Shown: positions 51,365 to 61,403, numbered from the stretch's first letter. The stretch: 64,000 nucleotides of DNA from Thermodesulfobacteriota bacterium (GCA_965226585.1 OZ245366.1:736001-800000), one strand, 5' to 3'. Numbers and translations are program-made. The notes: generated from the sequence alone by a model not told the origin.

Positions 51365-52204
51365 ATGAGTTTTTCAAAAAGATCGTTTCTTTCTTCTGTT
51401 TTAGTTTTCGCGGTGGCTCTTGCCGCCGTTCCCTCCGCTTTCGCGGCTTCCCGCGCCGGAGTTTATAAAGGCAAAGTTGATGTTGCCGAATACCTTGTGA
51501 GCGAGAAACTTGACGGCGTTCGCGCCACATGGGACGGCGGCAAATTTGTCTCGCGAGGCGGCAAAACCTTCGCCGCGCCCAAATGGTTCACAAAAGATTT
51601 TCCGAACAAAAAAATGGAAGGCGAACTGTGGACACGCAGAGGCGGTTTTGAAGAAACGGTTTCCATCGTCCGCCGCAAAAAGGCGCATGACGGATGGAAG
51701 AAGGTTAAATACATGGTGTTTGACCTTCCGGGGCAAAAGGGCTCTTTTGAGGAACGGTACAAGGCGATAGAGAAACTTGTGTCTGAATCCAAATCGCCGT
51801 ATCTGGAAGAAGTTCGCCACATAACGGTTAAGAACCCCAGCCAGTTGGATAAATATCTTGAGCGTATCGTGAGCGTTAAAGGCGAGGGGGTTATGCTCCA
51901 CAAAAAGACCGCGATTTATGGCAACAACAAAAGCAAAGACCTGCTGAAGTACAAGAAGTTTGAAGATGCCGAGGCGGTTGTTATCGCCCACAATCCGGGC
52001 AAGGGAAGGTTCACTGGGATGCTTGGAAGCGTTACGGTTAAAACGCCCAAAGGTGTGCAGTTCAAAATCGGCACGGGATTTACTTTCAAGCAGAGAAAGA
52101 ACCCGCCCGCAGTCGGCGAGACCGTAACCTACAAATACACGGGGTTCACAAAAAGCGGCAAACCGAAGCATCCGTCATTCTGGCGTGTGAAAGAAGAGAA
52201 GTAG
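51365..52204 (+). CDS. minimal ATP-dependent DNA ligase with signal peptide (LigE type)
   Basis: SEKLDG.RA (motif I), GEL, MVFD, GEG.M, LLK.K and OB-fold FKIGTGF; cleavable N-terminal signal. Confidence 0.92.
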   Translation: MSFSKRSFLSSVLVFAVALAAVPSAFAASRAGVYKGKVDVAEYLVSEKLDGVRATWDGGKFVSRGGKTFAAPKWFTKDFPNKKMEGELWTRRGGFEETVSIVRRKKAHDGWKKVKYMVFDLPGQKGSFEERYKAIEKLVSESKSPYLEEVRHITVKNPSQLDKYLERIVSVKGEGVMLHKKTAIYGNNKSKDLLKYKKFEDAEAVVIAHNPGKGRFTGMLGSVTVKTPKGVQFKIGTGFTFKQRKNPPAVGETVTYKYTGFTKSGKPKHPSFWRVKEEK

Positions 52205-52284
52205 CCGTTTAGTTATCAGACCACACGGCGCATTCAATGAGAATACCGGCTTCACTATTGCACTAGTCGGTTTGTTTGCCTGAA

Positions 52285-53442
52285 CTATTTGCCCAAAAGA
52301 CTCACGACACAGGTGATTCCGTCCATTGCCGGCTGGGCTCCGCCCATTGTTTCTATGAGTCCGACTTTGGCGTCTTTTACCTGTCTTTTGCCCGTTTCTC
52401 CTCTCAACTGGCGGACAATCTCCGCAGTCTGAAGAAGCCCCGTGGCTCCAACCGGGTGACCCCTCGACAGAAGACCGCCTCCGGGATTGACGGCAACCTT
52501 GTCTCCGCCCACCCATGTGCTTTCCTCGTCAATCAGCCGCGCGCCTTCGCCCTCTTTGCAGAAACCAAGCGCCTCGGTAACCATCATCTCAGCAATTGAA
52601 AACGCATCGTGAATTTCGCACACATCCACGTCTTCGGGTCCCAGCCCCGCCATCTCATAGGCAAGGTTCACGCTTCTTGAAACGTTTTCCGAAGGAGCGC
52701 AGGTCAGCCCCGTGGGACTTGAGTATTTGCCCGACTGAGCTACACAGCCGAGAACCTTTATCGGTGTTTTCTTCGCGAGTTTCTTAACCTGATCGCCTGA
52801 GCACAGAACCGCCGCCGCCGCCGCGTCTCCAACGGGACAGCACTGGTTGCGCGTAAGCGGGTCTGCAATCAGCGGAGAATCCAGCACACTCTCAACCGTT
52901 TCCGGTTTTGTGAACTGAGCCGCCGGGTTCATCGCGGCGTGATGCCTGCTTTTTACGACAACCTTCGCAAGTTGCTCTTTTGTAACTCCGTATTCGTGCA
53001 TATACCTTCTGGCGCGCATCGCGTAAAGCGCGGGCATTCCCATTCCCATCGCCACCTCAAGGTCATCATCTTCAAGCGGCAGAGGCCCGCCGGAAAGCAC
53101 CTTGCTGAGGTTCTCAACCCCAAGGGCGAGGGAGATTTCCGCCTGTCCGTAGGCGATTGTTCTCCAAGACTCCCAGAACGAAAGCGTTCCGCTTCCGCAC
53201 GCGCCTTCAACATTGATTGTCGGCTGTCCGACAAGTCCTATCTCTTTCATCGTGCGCTGTCCCACTCCCATGCCCTGATAGACATGACCGCAGAAAACTA
53301 TTTCAATTGAGCGCGGGTGAATTCCGGCGTCCTGTATCGCCTTCCACGCGGCCTCACGCCCGAGAACATGGGCGGCTTTGTCGGGAAATCTTCCGCAGGC
53401 GGTGTTTCCCACTCCCAGAATGTAGACATCTCTTAAAGACAT
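52285..53442 (-). CDS. thiolase, SCP2 / nonspecific lipid-transfer type
   Basis: NVEGACGSG, EIHDAF and NPGGGLLSRGHPVGATG. Confidence 0.9.
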   Translation of the reverse strand: MSLRDVYILGVGNTACGRFPDKAAHVLGREAAWKAIQDAGIHPRSIEIVFCGHVYQGMGVGQRTMKEIGLVGQPTINVEGACGSGTLSFWESWRTIAYGQAEISLALGVENLSKVLSGGPLPLEDDDLEVAMGMGMPALYAMRARRYMHEYGVTKEQLAKVVVKSRHHAAMNPAAQFTKPETVESVLDSPLIADPLTRNQCCPVGDAAAAAVLCSGDQVKKLAKKTPIKVLGCVAQSGKYSSPTGLTCAPSENVSRSVNLAYEMAGLGPEDVDVCEIHDAFSIAEMMVTEALGFCKEGEGARLIDEESTWVGGDKVAVNPGGGLLSRGHPVGATGLLQTAEIVRQLRGETGKRQVKDAKVGLIETMGGAQPAMDGITCVVSLLGK

Positions 53443-53502
53443 ATTGCGAACTCCTTTTTGATGAATTTGACGGACAAAATTGTCTCCTCACTTGTGCCGC
53501 TA

Positions 53503-53563
53503 AATATATGGAAACGGCGCGTCCGTGTCAATTCTTGACAACTCCCGCGCTTGCCAATAAAAT
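53503..53563. promoter_or_regulatory. back-to-back sigma70 promoters for the thiolase and nitroreductase genes
   Basis: Plus strand: TTGACA 53535-40, 17 bp, TAAAAT 53558-63. Minus strand: TTGACA 53531-26, 17 bp, TATATT 53508-03. The two -35 boxes form the palindrome TGTCAA-ttc-TTGACA. Confidence 0.7.
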
Positions 53564-53631
53564 TTCTGCCAAGTCGGTTGTCAATCTACAGACCGCCGGG
53601 TGAGATTTTTCCAATAGGGGGAACATAAATT

Positions 53632-54663
53632 ATGGCCAGCAAACTAATACTGGACGATGTACCTGAGAAAAGCTCGGTACAAGTGATGGACGCCTTTAAT
53701 GCCATGGGCACGCGGCGTTCAATAAGATGGTACGAGCCCGATGAGCCCGTCGAAAGATGGAAGATTCAGGCCATGCTTGAAGCCGCAAGGGTTGCGCCTT
53801 CAGCGGGTAACTTCAACGGTCAGAGGGCTATCGTTGTCTACAGGGATGAAGACCCTGAGATTTGGGAGTTCATATCAGACTGGAGTCAGATAACGACCCA
53901 GATGGCTCCGGTTCTTATCTTCTGGTGCTACGACCTTGCGAACTACGATGTTCAGGGTCAGGCAATCCACGACCTTCTGAGAACTGGCGCGCTGGACAAG
54001 GCGCACGGATGGGAATACGACAGGGTTTCCGGTCTTTTCCCGCTTCCCGCTCTGCTTCCTGACGCTGTTCTTCACCGTCTTGCGGCGATTGACCTCGGCA
54101 ACGCCATACAGAATTCGATGATAGCGGCGACCTCTCTTGGTCTCGGCACTTGCCTCAACGGGGCAAGCGGCGGAGCGAGAAGGAACACAAAAGAGAAATT
54201 CGGGCTTCCGGACACATACGTGTTCAGTTGGCTGATGACGGTTGGAGTTCCCGCGGAAAGCATGGACGGCGGCGGAACGCGTTCGCGTCCTCCGTTTGAG
54301 AACATGTTCTTTGAGAAGAAAGTCGGACAGGGTTTCAAGAGAGACCCCAAAGCCGTGAAACTTCTTGAAGAGTTGAAACTCATTCAGGCGCCGGGACCGC
54401 TTCCCGGAAGGCTTGAGGAGATTAACCGTCTTACCAAACGTTTCGGTCTCGGAGACGAGTCTCTTACCGATTGGAAGTTTGAGGGTTCCACAATGGACGA
54501 CCCCAAAACGGCGATTGACAAACGCCTCTCACCGCTTAGCGATGAAGAGGTTAAAGCGTCTGTTCCGGGTGAAGTCAAAGTTGACTTTGAACTGAAGCCG
54601 ACGGTTAAAAGAGAGGTGCTCGACCAGTACCGCAAGGACAAAGGCATCGGCGCCACCGACTGA
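53632..54663 (+). CDS. nitroreductase-family flavoprotein with C-terminal extension
   Basis: RRSIRWY, APSAGN, D.G.A.QN..IAA.SLGLGTC and .G.P motifs. Confidence 0.85.
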   Translation: MASKLILDDVPEKSSVQVMDAFNAMGTRRSIRWYEPDEPVERWKIQAMLEAARVAPSAGNFNGQRAIVVYRDEDPEIWEFISDWSQITTQMAPVLIFWCYDLANYDVQGQAIHDLLRTGALDKAHGWEYDRVSGLFPLPALLPDAVLHRLAAIDLGNAIQNSMIAATSLGLGTCLNGASGGARRNTKEKFGLPDTYVFSWLMTVGVPAESMDGGGTRSRPPFENMFFEKKVGQGFKRDPKAVKLLEELKLIQAPGPLPGRLEEINRLTKRFGLGDESLTDWKFEGSTMDDPKTAIDKRLSPLSDEEVKASVPGEVKVDFELKPTVKREVLDQYRKDKGIGATD

Positions 54664-54698
54664 CCTTTCAGGGTAACAAACTTTACGGAGGAAAAAAA

Positions 54699-54896
54699 AT
54701 GGCAGAAATAACACTTAACATCCCCGACCCTATCTACAAAGTGATAGAGAAGAGGGCGAAGGACACAAACAATCCCAACGGTCCGCAGGGCGTGATTATT
54801 GCAAATCTCGCTTTGATTTTCGGCGCGGCTCAGTACAAACCTGAGAAGTGGCTGAAAAACCAGACCGACGACCAGGACATGTCACAACCCTGGTAA
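54699..54896 (+). CDS. small hypothetical protein, possibly ribbon-helix-helix
   Basis: GGAGG RBS; N-terminal ITLNIPD..Y..IEKRAK. Confidence 0.6.
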   Translation: MAEITLNIPDPIYKVIEKRAKDTNNPNGPQGVIIANLALIFGAAQYKPEKWLKNQTDDQDMSQPW

Positions 54897-54916
54897 GGGA
54901 CTTAACTGTCACAAGG

Positions 54917-54948
54917 AAAAAGGGGAAGCTTCGGCTTCCCTTTTTTTT
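54917..54948 (+). terminator. intrinsic terminator
   Basis: AAAAAGGGGAAGC-TTCG-GCTTCCCTTTTTTTT. Confidence 0.85.
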
Positions 54949-54984
54949 GCCCTTCGCGCAGTTTCCAAATAATCTGTATGGACT

Positions 54985-55839
54985 ATGGGACTTAACAGAG
55001 ATTTTATCGGCAGAGACCTTGGAACCGCTTCTCACAAGGTAACGCAGGGCGGGATAGACGCCTATGCGGAAGTTACAGGCGGCGGGAGCAACCCGGCATA
55101 TGCGGATGGTGTTGCGCCGCCGTCATTTCCGGTTGTTTATGAACTTCCCGCGCTTGAGAAAATTTGGAGCGACCCTGATTTGAACGGCGGCGAAGAGCAG
55201 GCGAAAAAGAATGTTCTGATGCTTGTTCACGGCGACCAGAAGATGGTTTTTCACAAGCCGCTTCGCGCGGGAGACGAAGTGTCTTTCTCCGCGAAGGTTG
55301 CAGACATTCAAGACAAGGGTTCGGGCGAGGTGCTTGCTCTTCGCACGGAGAGCAGAGTTGGGGGCGAACTGGTTTGTGAATCCGGCTGGGGGCTTTTTGT
55401 CAGGGGAATTGGAAGCGGAAAAAGACCTGAAGGCGGGAAGCCGAAGACGCCAAAACCTGCGGAATCCGCCGCTCCCGAGGTGGTTTTCACAAGCGCGGTT
55501 GAGTTTCCGTCTGACATAACGCCACGCTACGCAGATGCTTCAAACGACCACAACCCCATACATCTTGACGGCGAAGTCGCAAAGGCGGCGGGGTTGAAAG
55601 GTGTTGTTGTTCACGGGCTTTGCACGATGTCAATGATTATGCAGAGCATAATAGACGGACACCTCGGCGGTGATCCTGAAAGGCTGAAAAGTCTGGCGGT
55701 GCGCTTTTCCGCCCCGGTATATCCGGGAGACACGCTGTCGGTTGAGTGTGTAAAGGCGGGAGAGGGCGCGATAAAGTTTGAAGCGGCACAGGAGAGTGGA
55801 ATGAAGGTGATTAAAGGCGGATTTGCGGAGTTTGTGTGA
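54985..55839 (+). CDS. MaoC-family double-hotdog enoyl-CoA hydratase
   Basis: LVHGDQ in the N-domain; YA.AS.D.NPIH and HGLC hydratase-2 motifs; RFSAPVYPG. Confidence 0.88.
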   Translation: MGLNRDFIGRDLGTASHKVTQGGIDAYAEVTGGGSNPAYADGVAPPSFPVVYELPALEKIWSDPDLNGGEEQAKKNVLMLVHGDQKMVFHKPLRAGDEVSFSAKVADIQDKGSGEVLALRTESRVGGELVCESGWGLFVRGIGSGKRPEGGKPKTPKPAESAAPEVVFTSAVEFPSDITPRYADASNDHNPIHLDGEVAKAAGLKGVVVHGLCTMSMIMQSIIDGHLGGDPERLKSLAVRFSAPVYPGDTLSVECVKAGEGAIKFEAAQESGMKVIKGGFAEFV

Positions 55840-55841
55840 GT

Positions 55842-56846
55842 TTACCCCACAGCCCCTTTATAATCCTTAATAAACATCTCTGCCTTCTTTCTTATCGCTC
55901 TAACCCTTTCAGAGCGCGATTCCTTTCGCTTTTCCGCTTCTTTCCACAGCCGCTTTTCGTATGGCGTTTCCGCCGTGATTTGCGGCACGGCTGACGGTTT
56001 TCCGTTTTTGTCAATATGAACAAATGACAAAAACGCCGTGCAAGTGTGCTTGCTTTCCCCGGTTCGCGGGTTTTCGGAACTTATCTTTACCGCCGTTTCA
56101 AGTGAGGTTTTACCCGTGTGCGTTATGCCCGCTTTGAGCGTGATGTATTCGCCCTGCCGTATCGGAGAGAAAAAGAAAAGATTGTCCAGAGAACCCGTTA
56201 CAAGCGTGCCCTTCGCGTGCCTCATTCCCACAAGGGCGGAAGTCTCATCCGTGTATTTAAGCAGTTTCCCGGCGGACATGAAATCAGCAAAAAATATGTC
56301 GTCAGGCATAACCGCCCTTGAAGTCTCAAGAATAACCCGCGTAACCTCAGTCTCATCCGCGATATTGGAAAGTTGCTGCTTTCTAAGTTCCAACTCCTCA
56401 ATCCGCTCAACCTTTCGCGTAGCGGCTTTCTCACAAACCGCCGCCTCCGCGTCATCCGCAGGGGTTATCTTTTCCCCGACCTCGCGCGGAACGCCGTTTT
56501 TGTCAACCGCCACAAACGCAAGATGCGAAAGCGTTATGAACCGCTTCTCGCCACCCTCCGGGTCTTCGGAATAAACCCGCACCGCCACCTCAAGAGACGA
56601 CTTTCCCGTGAACTCAATCCAACTGTCCAGAACAACTATGCTTCCCACCTTGACGGGATTCATAAAATCTATGTTGTCCGCCGCGCCGAGCACCGTCAGC
56701 CCCTTGGCAAAACGCGCCGAAGTGATATTCGCGACAGACATTATCCAGTCCATCAGCCTACCGCCGTGAAGCGTTTGCTGTGAGTTCGCGTGCTCCTGCG
56801 AAACGTACCGAACAACCGTGCTGAGAGTTTTCCTTATTGTGGGCAT
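55842..56846 (-). CDS. double-hotdog acyl-CoA thioesterase
   Basis: HAN...LHGG.L..W, F..P..VG, G.SS.EV and FVAVD..G.P, duplicated. Confidence 0.88.
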   Translation of the reverse strand: MPTIRKTLSTVVRYVSQEHANSQQTLHGGRLMDWIMSVANITSARFAKGLTVLGAADNIDFMNPVKVGSIVVLDSWIEFTGKSSLEVAVRVYSEDPEGGEKRFITLSHLAFVAVDKNGVPREVGEKITPADDAEAAVCEKAATRKVERIEELELRKQQLSNIADETEVTRVILETSRAVMPDDIFFADFMSAGKLLKYTDETSALVGMRHAKGTLVTGSLDNLFFFSPIRQGEYITLKAGITHTGKTSLETAVKISSENPRTGESKHTCTAFLSFVHIDKNGKPSAVPQITAETPYEKRLWKEAEKRKESRSERVRAIRKKAEMFIKDYKGAVG

Positions 56847-56918
56847 GAGTTTCCCCTTTTGTCCTGTGTCTCAAGCAATGTATCATAGAGTTCGCCCTTG
56901 CGAGGGCACGGATTCCAA

Positions 56919-58589
56919 ATGAATGCCGCCGTTGTAGCAGTTACAGCCATCGTTCTCTTTCTTGTCGGATACAGATTCTACGCGGCGTTTCTCGCGAAAA
57001 AAGTGTTCAAAATCTCTGACAACGAGATAACTCCCGCCCATGAAATGGAAGACGGGGTTGACTATGTGCCCGCGAAAAAAGGCGTTCTTTTCGGACACCA
57101 TTTTTCCTCCATCGCCGGAGCGGCTCCCATTATCGGTCCCGCAATAGCGGTTTTCTGGGGCTGGGTTCCGGCGGTTCTCTGGGTTGTTCTCGGAACCATA
57201 TTTATGGGCGCGGTTCACGATTTCAGCGCCCTCGTTATCTCCGCAAGAAACCGGGGCAGTTCAGTTGGAGACATCGCCGGAGACCTCATCACCCCGCGCG
57301 TTCGAACGCTTTTTCTTATTATCGTCTATTTTCTGGTTTTTTTCGTAATGGCGGTTTTTGCCTACGCGATAGCCGTGCTGTTCGTCAAATTTCCCTCAAG
57401 CGTTCTGCCCGTCAACCTTGAGATTGTTATGGCGCTTGTGCTCGGATTTATTTTTTACAGGAAAAAATCCGGCTCCACGGCGGCAACGGCGGTTGCCCAC
57501 GCGCTTCTTATCGCGGCAATATGGGCGGGAACAAAGTTTCACATTGCCGTTCCCGAACTTGCCGGCTCGCAAGTTGTTACCTGGGTTGTGTTTCTGTTCG
57601 GATACGCGTTTGTCGCTTCAGTGCTTCCCGTATGGACTCTGCTTCAGCCGAGAGATTATCTGAACAGTTTCCAGCTTGTCGCCGGTCTCGTCCTTCTTGT
57701 CGCGGGAATTATTGCCCTCAACCCTGAAATAACCGCTCCCGCTTTCAATGCGCAGGCAGTATCTGAAGGCGCGCCGATAGTGCCGTTTCTTTTCGTAACA
57801 ATCGCCTGCGGAGCGATAAGCGGTTTTCACGGGCTTGTATCAAGCGGAACCACCTCAAAACAACTTGACAAAATGTCGCACTGCCATCCCATCGGCTACG
57901 GCTGTATGCTGGGCGAGGGAACGCTCGCGGTTATCGCCATTCTTGCCGTAACAGCGGGAATAGGGGGCGCAGAGTGGTTTGAGCGTTACGGCACATGGGA
58001 TATGGCGAAAAACGGCGGCATGACCAACTTTGTTGACGGCGCGGCGGTTTTTCTTGAAGGGCTCCGCATACCCAGAGAGTTCGGAATAACGATTATCAGC
58101 GTTCTGGTGATAAGTTTTGCCGCCACTTCGCTTGATACCGCCGCGAGGATTCAGCGTCTTATAGTCGGCGAACTTGGAGCCGCATACAAGGTTGATTTTC
58201 TGAAAAACAGATACGCCGCCACTTTTGTCGCCGTGGCTCCGGCATTTCTTCTGGCAATTCTCGCGCAAGCCCCCGGAAGGGGACCCGGCTCGGGCGGTTT
58301 TATTCTCTGGCCCCTGTTCGGCGCAACAAACCAACTCATAGCGGGGCTCACCCTGCTTGTGGCGACCATCTATCTGTGGAAAACAAAAAGACCCTTTATC
58401 TACACGCTGGTTCCGATGATTTTCGTAATTCTCGCGGCGGGCGGCTCAGTTGTGTTCAACATCTTTAACTTTGCCGGCAACCGGCTTTTACAGGGTCTTT
58501 CAGTCTGCGTGTTTATTCTGACTCTCTGGCTTCTTCTTGAGGCGGCGGGTTTTATCAGACGAAACGCCGGGCGGCAAGGGGGCGGCTAA
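56919..58589 (+). CDS. cstA: carbon starvation protein A transporter
   Basis: DGVDYVP, FGHHFSSIAGAAPI.GP, LLQPRDY, IACGAISGFH and WPLFG..NQL. Confidence 0.95.
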   Translation: MNAAVVAVTAIVLFLVGYRFYAAFLAKKVFKISDNEITPAHEMEDGVDYVPAKKGVLFGHHFSSIAGAAPIIGPAIAVFWGWVPAVLWVVLGTIFMGAVHDFSALVISARNRGSSVGDIAGDLITPRVRTLFLIIVYFLVFFVMAVFAYAIAVLFVKFPSSVLPVNLEIVMALVLGFIFYRKKSGSTAATAVAHALLIAAIWAGTKFHIAVPELAGSQVVTWVVFLFGYAFVASVLPVWTLLQPRDYLNSFQLVAGLVLLVAGIIALNPEITAPAFNAQAVSEGAPIVPFLFVTIACGAISGFHGLVSSGTTSKQLDKMSHCHPIGYGCMLGEGTLAVIAILAVTAGIGGAEWFERYGTWDMAKNGGMTNFVDGAAVFLEGLRIPREFGITIISVLVISFAATSLDTAARIQRLIVGELGAAYKVDFLKNRYAATFVAVAPAFLLAILAQAPGRGPGSGGFILWPLFGATNQLIAGLTLLVATIYLWKTKRPFIYTLVPMIFVILAAGGSVVFNIFNFAGNRLLQGLSVCVFILTLWLLLEAAGFIRRNAGRQGGG

Positions 58590-59209
58590 ATCTCTTTTCT
58601 GTCCGCAATCGCGTTGCGTATGGTTGTGCGGTCGAGATGCTCAATTTCGCTTCCCGCCGGAACTCCCTGAGAAAGACGGTACACCCTGATGCCAAGCCGT
58701 ACCGCCCGTTTTTTCAGAATTTCCGCTATAAAGTTGCAAGTTGCCACGCTTTCAACCCGTGAACTCATGGCGAGGATAACCTCTTTTACTCTGCGGTCGC
58801 CGTCCAGCCGTTTTATCAGCTCGCGCAGTTTCAGGTCTCCGGGACCCACGCCGTCTGCGGGCGAGATGTATCCGTGAAGCACGTGATAGACGCCACGGTA
58901 GCCGCCGCTTTTTTCTATCGCGATGAGGTCAAGCGGCTGTTCAACCACGCACACGGTTGAAAACTCTCTCTCCGGATTGTCGCACACCGAGCATTTTCCC
59001 GCAGACGCGAAATGGAAACACTTTCCGCACACCGAGACTTCAGCGCGCGCCCTCGCGACTGATTCGGAAAGGCGGCGGGCTTTTTCTTCGGGTGCTTTGA
59101 AAACTATGTGAAAAGCAAGCCGTGTGGCGTTTTTCTCTCCAATGCCGGGAAGGGAGGCGAGTTCGCTTACAAGGTTTCTCATCTCCGCGGGCAGTCCGTA
59201 CGCGTCCAT
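58586..59209 (-). CDS. recR: recombination mediator RecR
   Basis: LPGIG.K.A.RLA, C4 zinc finger, YHVLHG.ISP and Toprim domain. Confidence 0.95.
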   Translation of the reverse strand: MDAYGLPAEMRNLVSELASLPGIGEKNATRLAFHIVFKAPEEKARRLSESVARARAEVSVCGKCFHFASAGKCSVCDNPEREFSTVCVVEQPLDLIAIEKSGGYRGVYHVLHGYISPADGVGPGDLKLRELIKRLDGDRRVKEVILAMSSRVESVATCNFIAEILKKRAVRLGIRVYRLSQGVPAGSEIEHLDRTTIRNAIADRKEI

Positions 59210-59211
59210 TT

Positions 59212-59535
59212 TTACAGAATTCCGGGCGGCAGTCCCATTCCGCCGGCGATCTTGGATATCTCTTCCTTCATCATCTTCCTTCCGCGCGAGAGCGCTTCGT
59301 TAATCGCCGCGCTTATCAGGTCTTGAAGCATTTCCGTGTCGTCTCCGCCGGCGATTTCCGGATCTATTCTGATTGACTGAATTTCCCCTTTCGCCTTCGC
59401 GGTTACGGTTACCATTCCGCCGCCTGAAGACGCTTCCACTATCTTCTCCCCTGCTTCGTTCTGAACCCTGTCAATGTCCTCTTTAAGTTTCTCCGCCTGC
59501 TTCATCAGGTTTCCCAGTCCGCCGTCAATCTTCAT
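59212..59535 (-). CDS. ybaB: YbaB/EbfC nucleoid-associated protein
   Basis: SGGGMV.V, IDP and LQDLI.AA.N; lies between dnaX and recR. Confidence 0.95.
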   Translation of the reverse strand: MKIDGGLGNLMKQAEKLKEDIDRVQNEAGEKIVEASSGGGMVTVTAKAKGEIQSIRIDPEIAGGDDTEMLQDLISAAINEALSRGRKMMKEEISKIAGGMGLPPGIL

Positions 59536-61190
59536 TTTGTTCTCCTTTGCCCGACGTGTTTTATTTTCCCGTCAAACATCTCAAGAGCCTTCCGCACAAT
59601 GGGGCTGTCCTGAATCTGTTCAGTCTTTTCCTCTTGCCGTGGAGGCGCGTTTTGCCTTGGAGGCGCGTTCAAAAATTCAATTCTGGCGGGGCATCCGAAA
59701 TAGGTTTCCGCCGCCGCTGTAATCGCGTCCATATCCTCTTTGTTGGAGGAAAGCATCTCCCGCAACACCTTGTCCCTGACCTTCATTACCGCGACCGAGT
59801 TCTCAACAGCTATGTCGCAACCCGCAATCATGCCCGCGATAAATCCGAAATTCTTTTTTCCCGATTTGAGAAAATCAGAAAATCCCCGGGCTGTTTTCTC
59901 TCCGCCCGAATTTTTCCGTTCAGGCTCATCCGTCCCGTTTGTTTTTTCGACCGGCGGCTCCTTCATTGACATTTCCTTTTCCGGGCGCGCGGGTGTTTCC
60001 GTGTATTTTTTCTCTTCCGCGCCGGTGTCCGCTGTGCCTTCACCGCCTGTGAGTTTTTTCAGTCTGCTCATTATGTCGTCAAGCGGAACCGCTTTTTCCA
60101 CGGAGCACAGTTTCAGTGCCATCGCTTCAACCGCCATTTCGGGATAGAGTGACCTGCCCACGCGGTCTGACGCTTCTATCGCTATGTCAAAAAGCATTTC
60201 AAGGTCTTGCGGCGAGTTGTCCGCAGAGGCGGAAACAAGGAAATCCGCTCTTTCCTTTGATATGTCGGGAACGGATTCTTTGCCGCTGATTTTTAGCGTA
60301 ACCGCCGTTCTGAGCAGTGATGTAACGCCCCCTGAGAATTTCGCGGGGCTTGTTCCCTTGTCAAGCGTGTTTTTAAGGGCTTTCAGTCCCGCCGCCGGGT
60401 CTCTTTTCATTATCGCCTCAAACATTTCGTTCATCAGATTTGTGTCAACAAATCCGAGAAGGGTGAGCGCTTCGTTGTGTTCAATGGAGTTTCCGAAGGT
60501 GGCGATTAACTGGTCGAGAAGGCTGAGCGCGTCTCTCATGCTTCCGTCCGCTTCAATCGCGATGGTGGAAACCGTTTCCTGAGGTATCTCTATGCTTTCG
60601 TTTTTTGCCGCCTCTTCAAGCGAAGACGCTATTTCGCCCGCGGAAACTTTTTTGAAGTCATACCGCTGACAGCGCGAAAGGATTGTTGCCGGTATTTTGT
60701 GCGGCTCTGTTGTCGCGAGCATGAACAGGACGTGTCCGGGCGGTTCTTCAAGGGTTTTGAGCAGGGCGTTGAAAGCCGCCTGCGAGAGCATATGCGTTTC
60801 GTCTATGATGTAGATTCTCATCTTTCCCGAAGCGGGGATGTAGCGGGATTTTTCAATAATATCGCGCACATCGTTAACGCTTGTGTGAGACGCGGCGTCT
60901 ATTTCCTGAACTTCCACCGCGCGCCCGTCTGATATGAGCGAGCAGGATTCGCAGGTGTCTGCCTTGCAGGGTCTGTCTTCAACCGAAGGTTTGTCGCAGT
61001 TGACGGTTTTTGCCACGATTCTTGCCGTGGATGTTTTTCCGACTCCTCTGGGTCCCGTGAACAGCAGGGCGTGAGCCAGTTTTCCCGTTCTCGCGGCGTT
61101 GCTCAGGGCTTTTACTATGTAGCCCTGTCCCACAACCTCGTCAAAGGTTTGAGGTCTCAATTTTCTTGCGAGAACTATGTAGGACGACAT
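59532..61190 (-). CDS. dnaX: DNA polymerase III subunit gamma/tau
   Basis: Y..LARK.RP..F, GPRGVGKT, IDE.HML and SRCQ; true start is the ATG at 61190. Confidence 0.96.
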   Translation of the reverse strand: MSSYIVLARKLRPQTFDEVVGQGYIVKALSNAARTGKLAHALLFTGPRGVGKTSTARIVAKTVNCDKPSVEDRPCKADTCESCSLISDGRAVEVQEIDAASHTSVNDVRDIIEKSRYIPASGKMRIYIIDETHMLSQAAFNALLKTLEEPPGHVLFMLATTEPHKIPATILSRCQRYDFKKVSAGEIASSLEEAAKNESIEIPQETVSTIAIEADGSMRDALSLLDQLIATFGNSIEHNEALTLLGFVDTNLMNEMFEAIMKRDPAAGLKALKNTLDKGTSPAKFSGGVTSLLRTAVTLKISGKESVPDISKERADFLVSASADNSPQDLEMLFDIAIEASDRVGRSLYPEMAVEAMALKLCSVEKAVPLDDIMSRLKKLTGGEGTADTGAEEKKYTETPARPEKEMSMKEPPVEKTNGTDEPERKNSGGEKTARGFSDFLKSGKKNFGFIAGMIAGCDIAVENSVAVMKVRDKVLREMLSSNKEDMDAITAAAETYFGCPARIEFLNAPPRQNAPPRQEEKTEQIQDSPIVRKALEMFDGKIKHVGQRRTK

Positions 61191-61200
61191 TTCAGATATA

Positions 61201-61310
61201 AACCCGGTTTGCCGGGTGCCCGCAACGCCTGAGGAGTTTTGCTGCCGTTGCTTCCTTCCGGACCTGGCGGATTCACAATTCCCCACCGCGCGGCCCGGCT
61301 CGCCGGGGTT
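61201..61310 (-). ncRNA. ffs: signal recognition particle RNA (4.5S)
   Basis: Minus strand contains CAGGTCCGGAAGGAAGCA (SRP helix 8) in a long hairpin closed by complementary ends; upstream of dnaX. Confidence 0.93.
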
Positions 61311-61403
61311 TTGTTTACTCTGCCAGTCATTGTATCGGTTTGAAGGGGCGGGGGCAAATTGCAAGTCTTACCGCCGCAAATTGCAGGTTTGTATGTATCA
61401 AAA

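Noticed and set aside
60000..60065. programmed -1 frameshift in dnaX at A6 runs
   Set aside because: The runs read G AAA AAA C/T rather than the canonical A AAA AAG, and no clear stimulatory hairpin was identified.
61191..61364. N-terminal extension of DnaX in the ORF track
   Set aside because: It overlaps the SRP RNA gene; conserved DnaX starts at MSSYIVLARK (61190).
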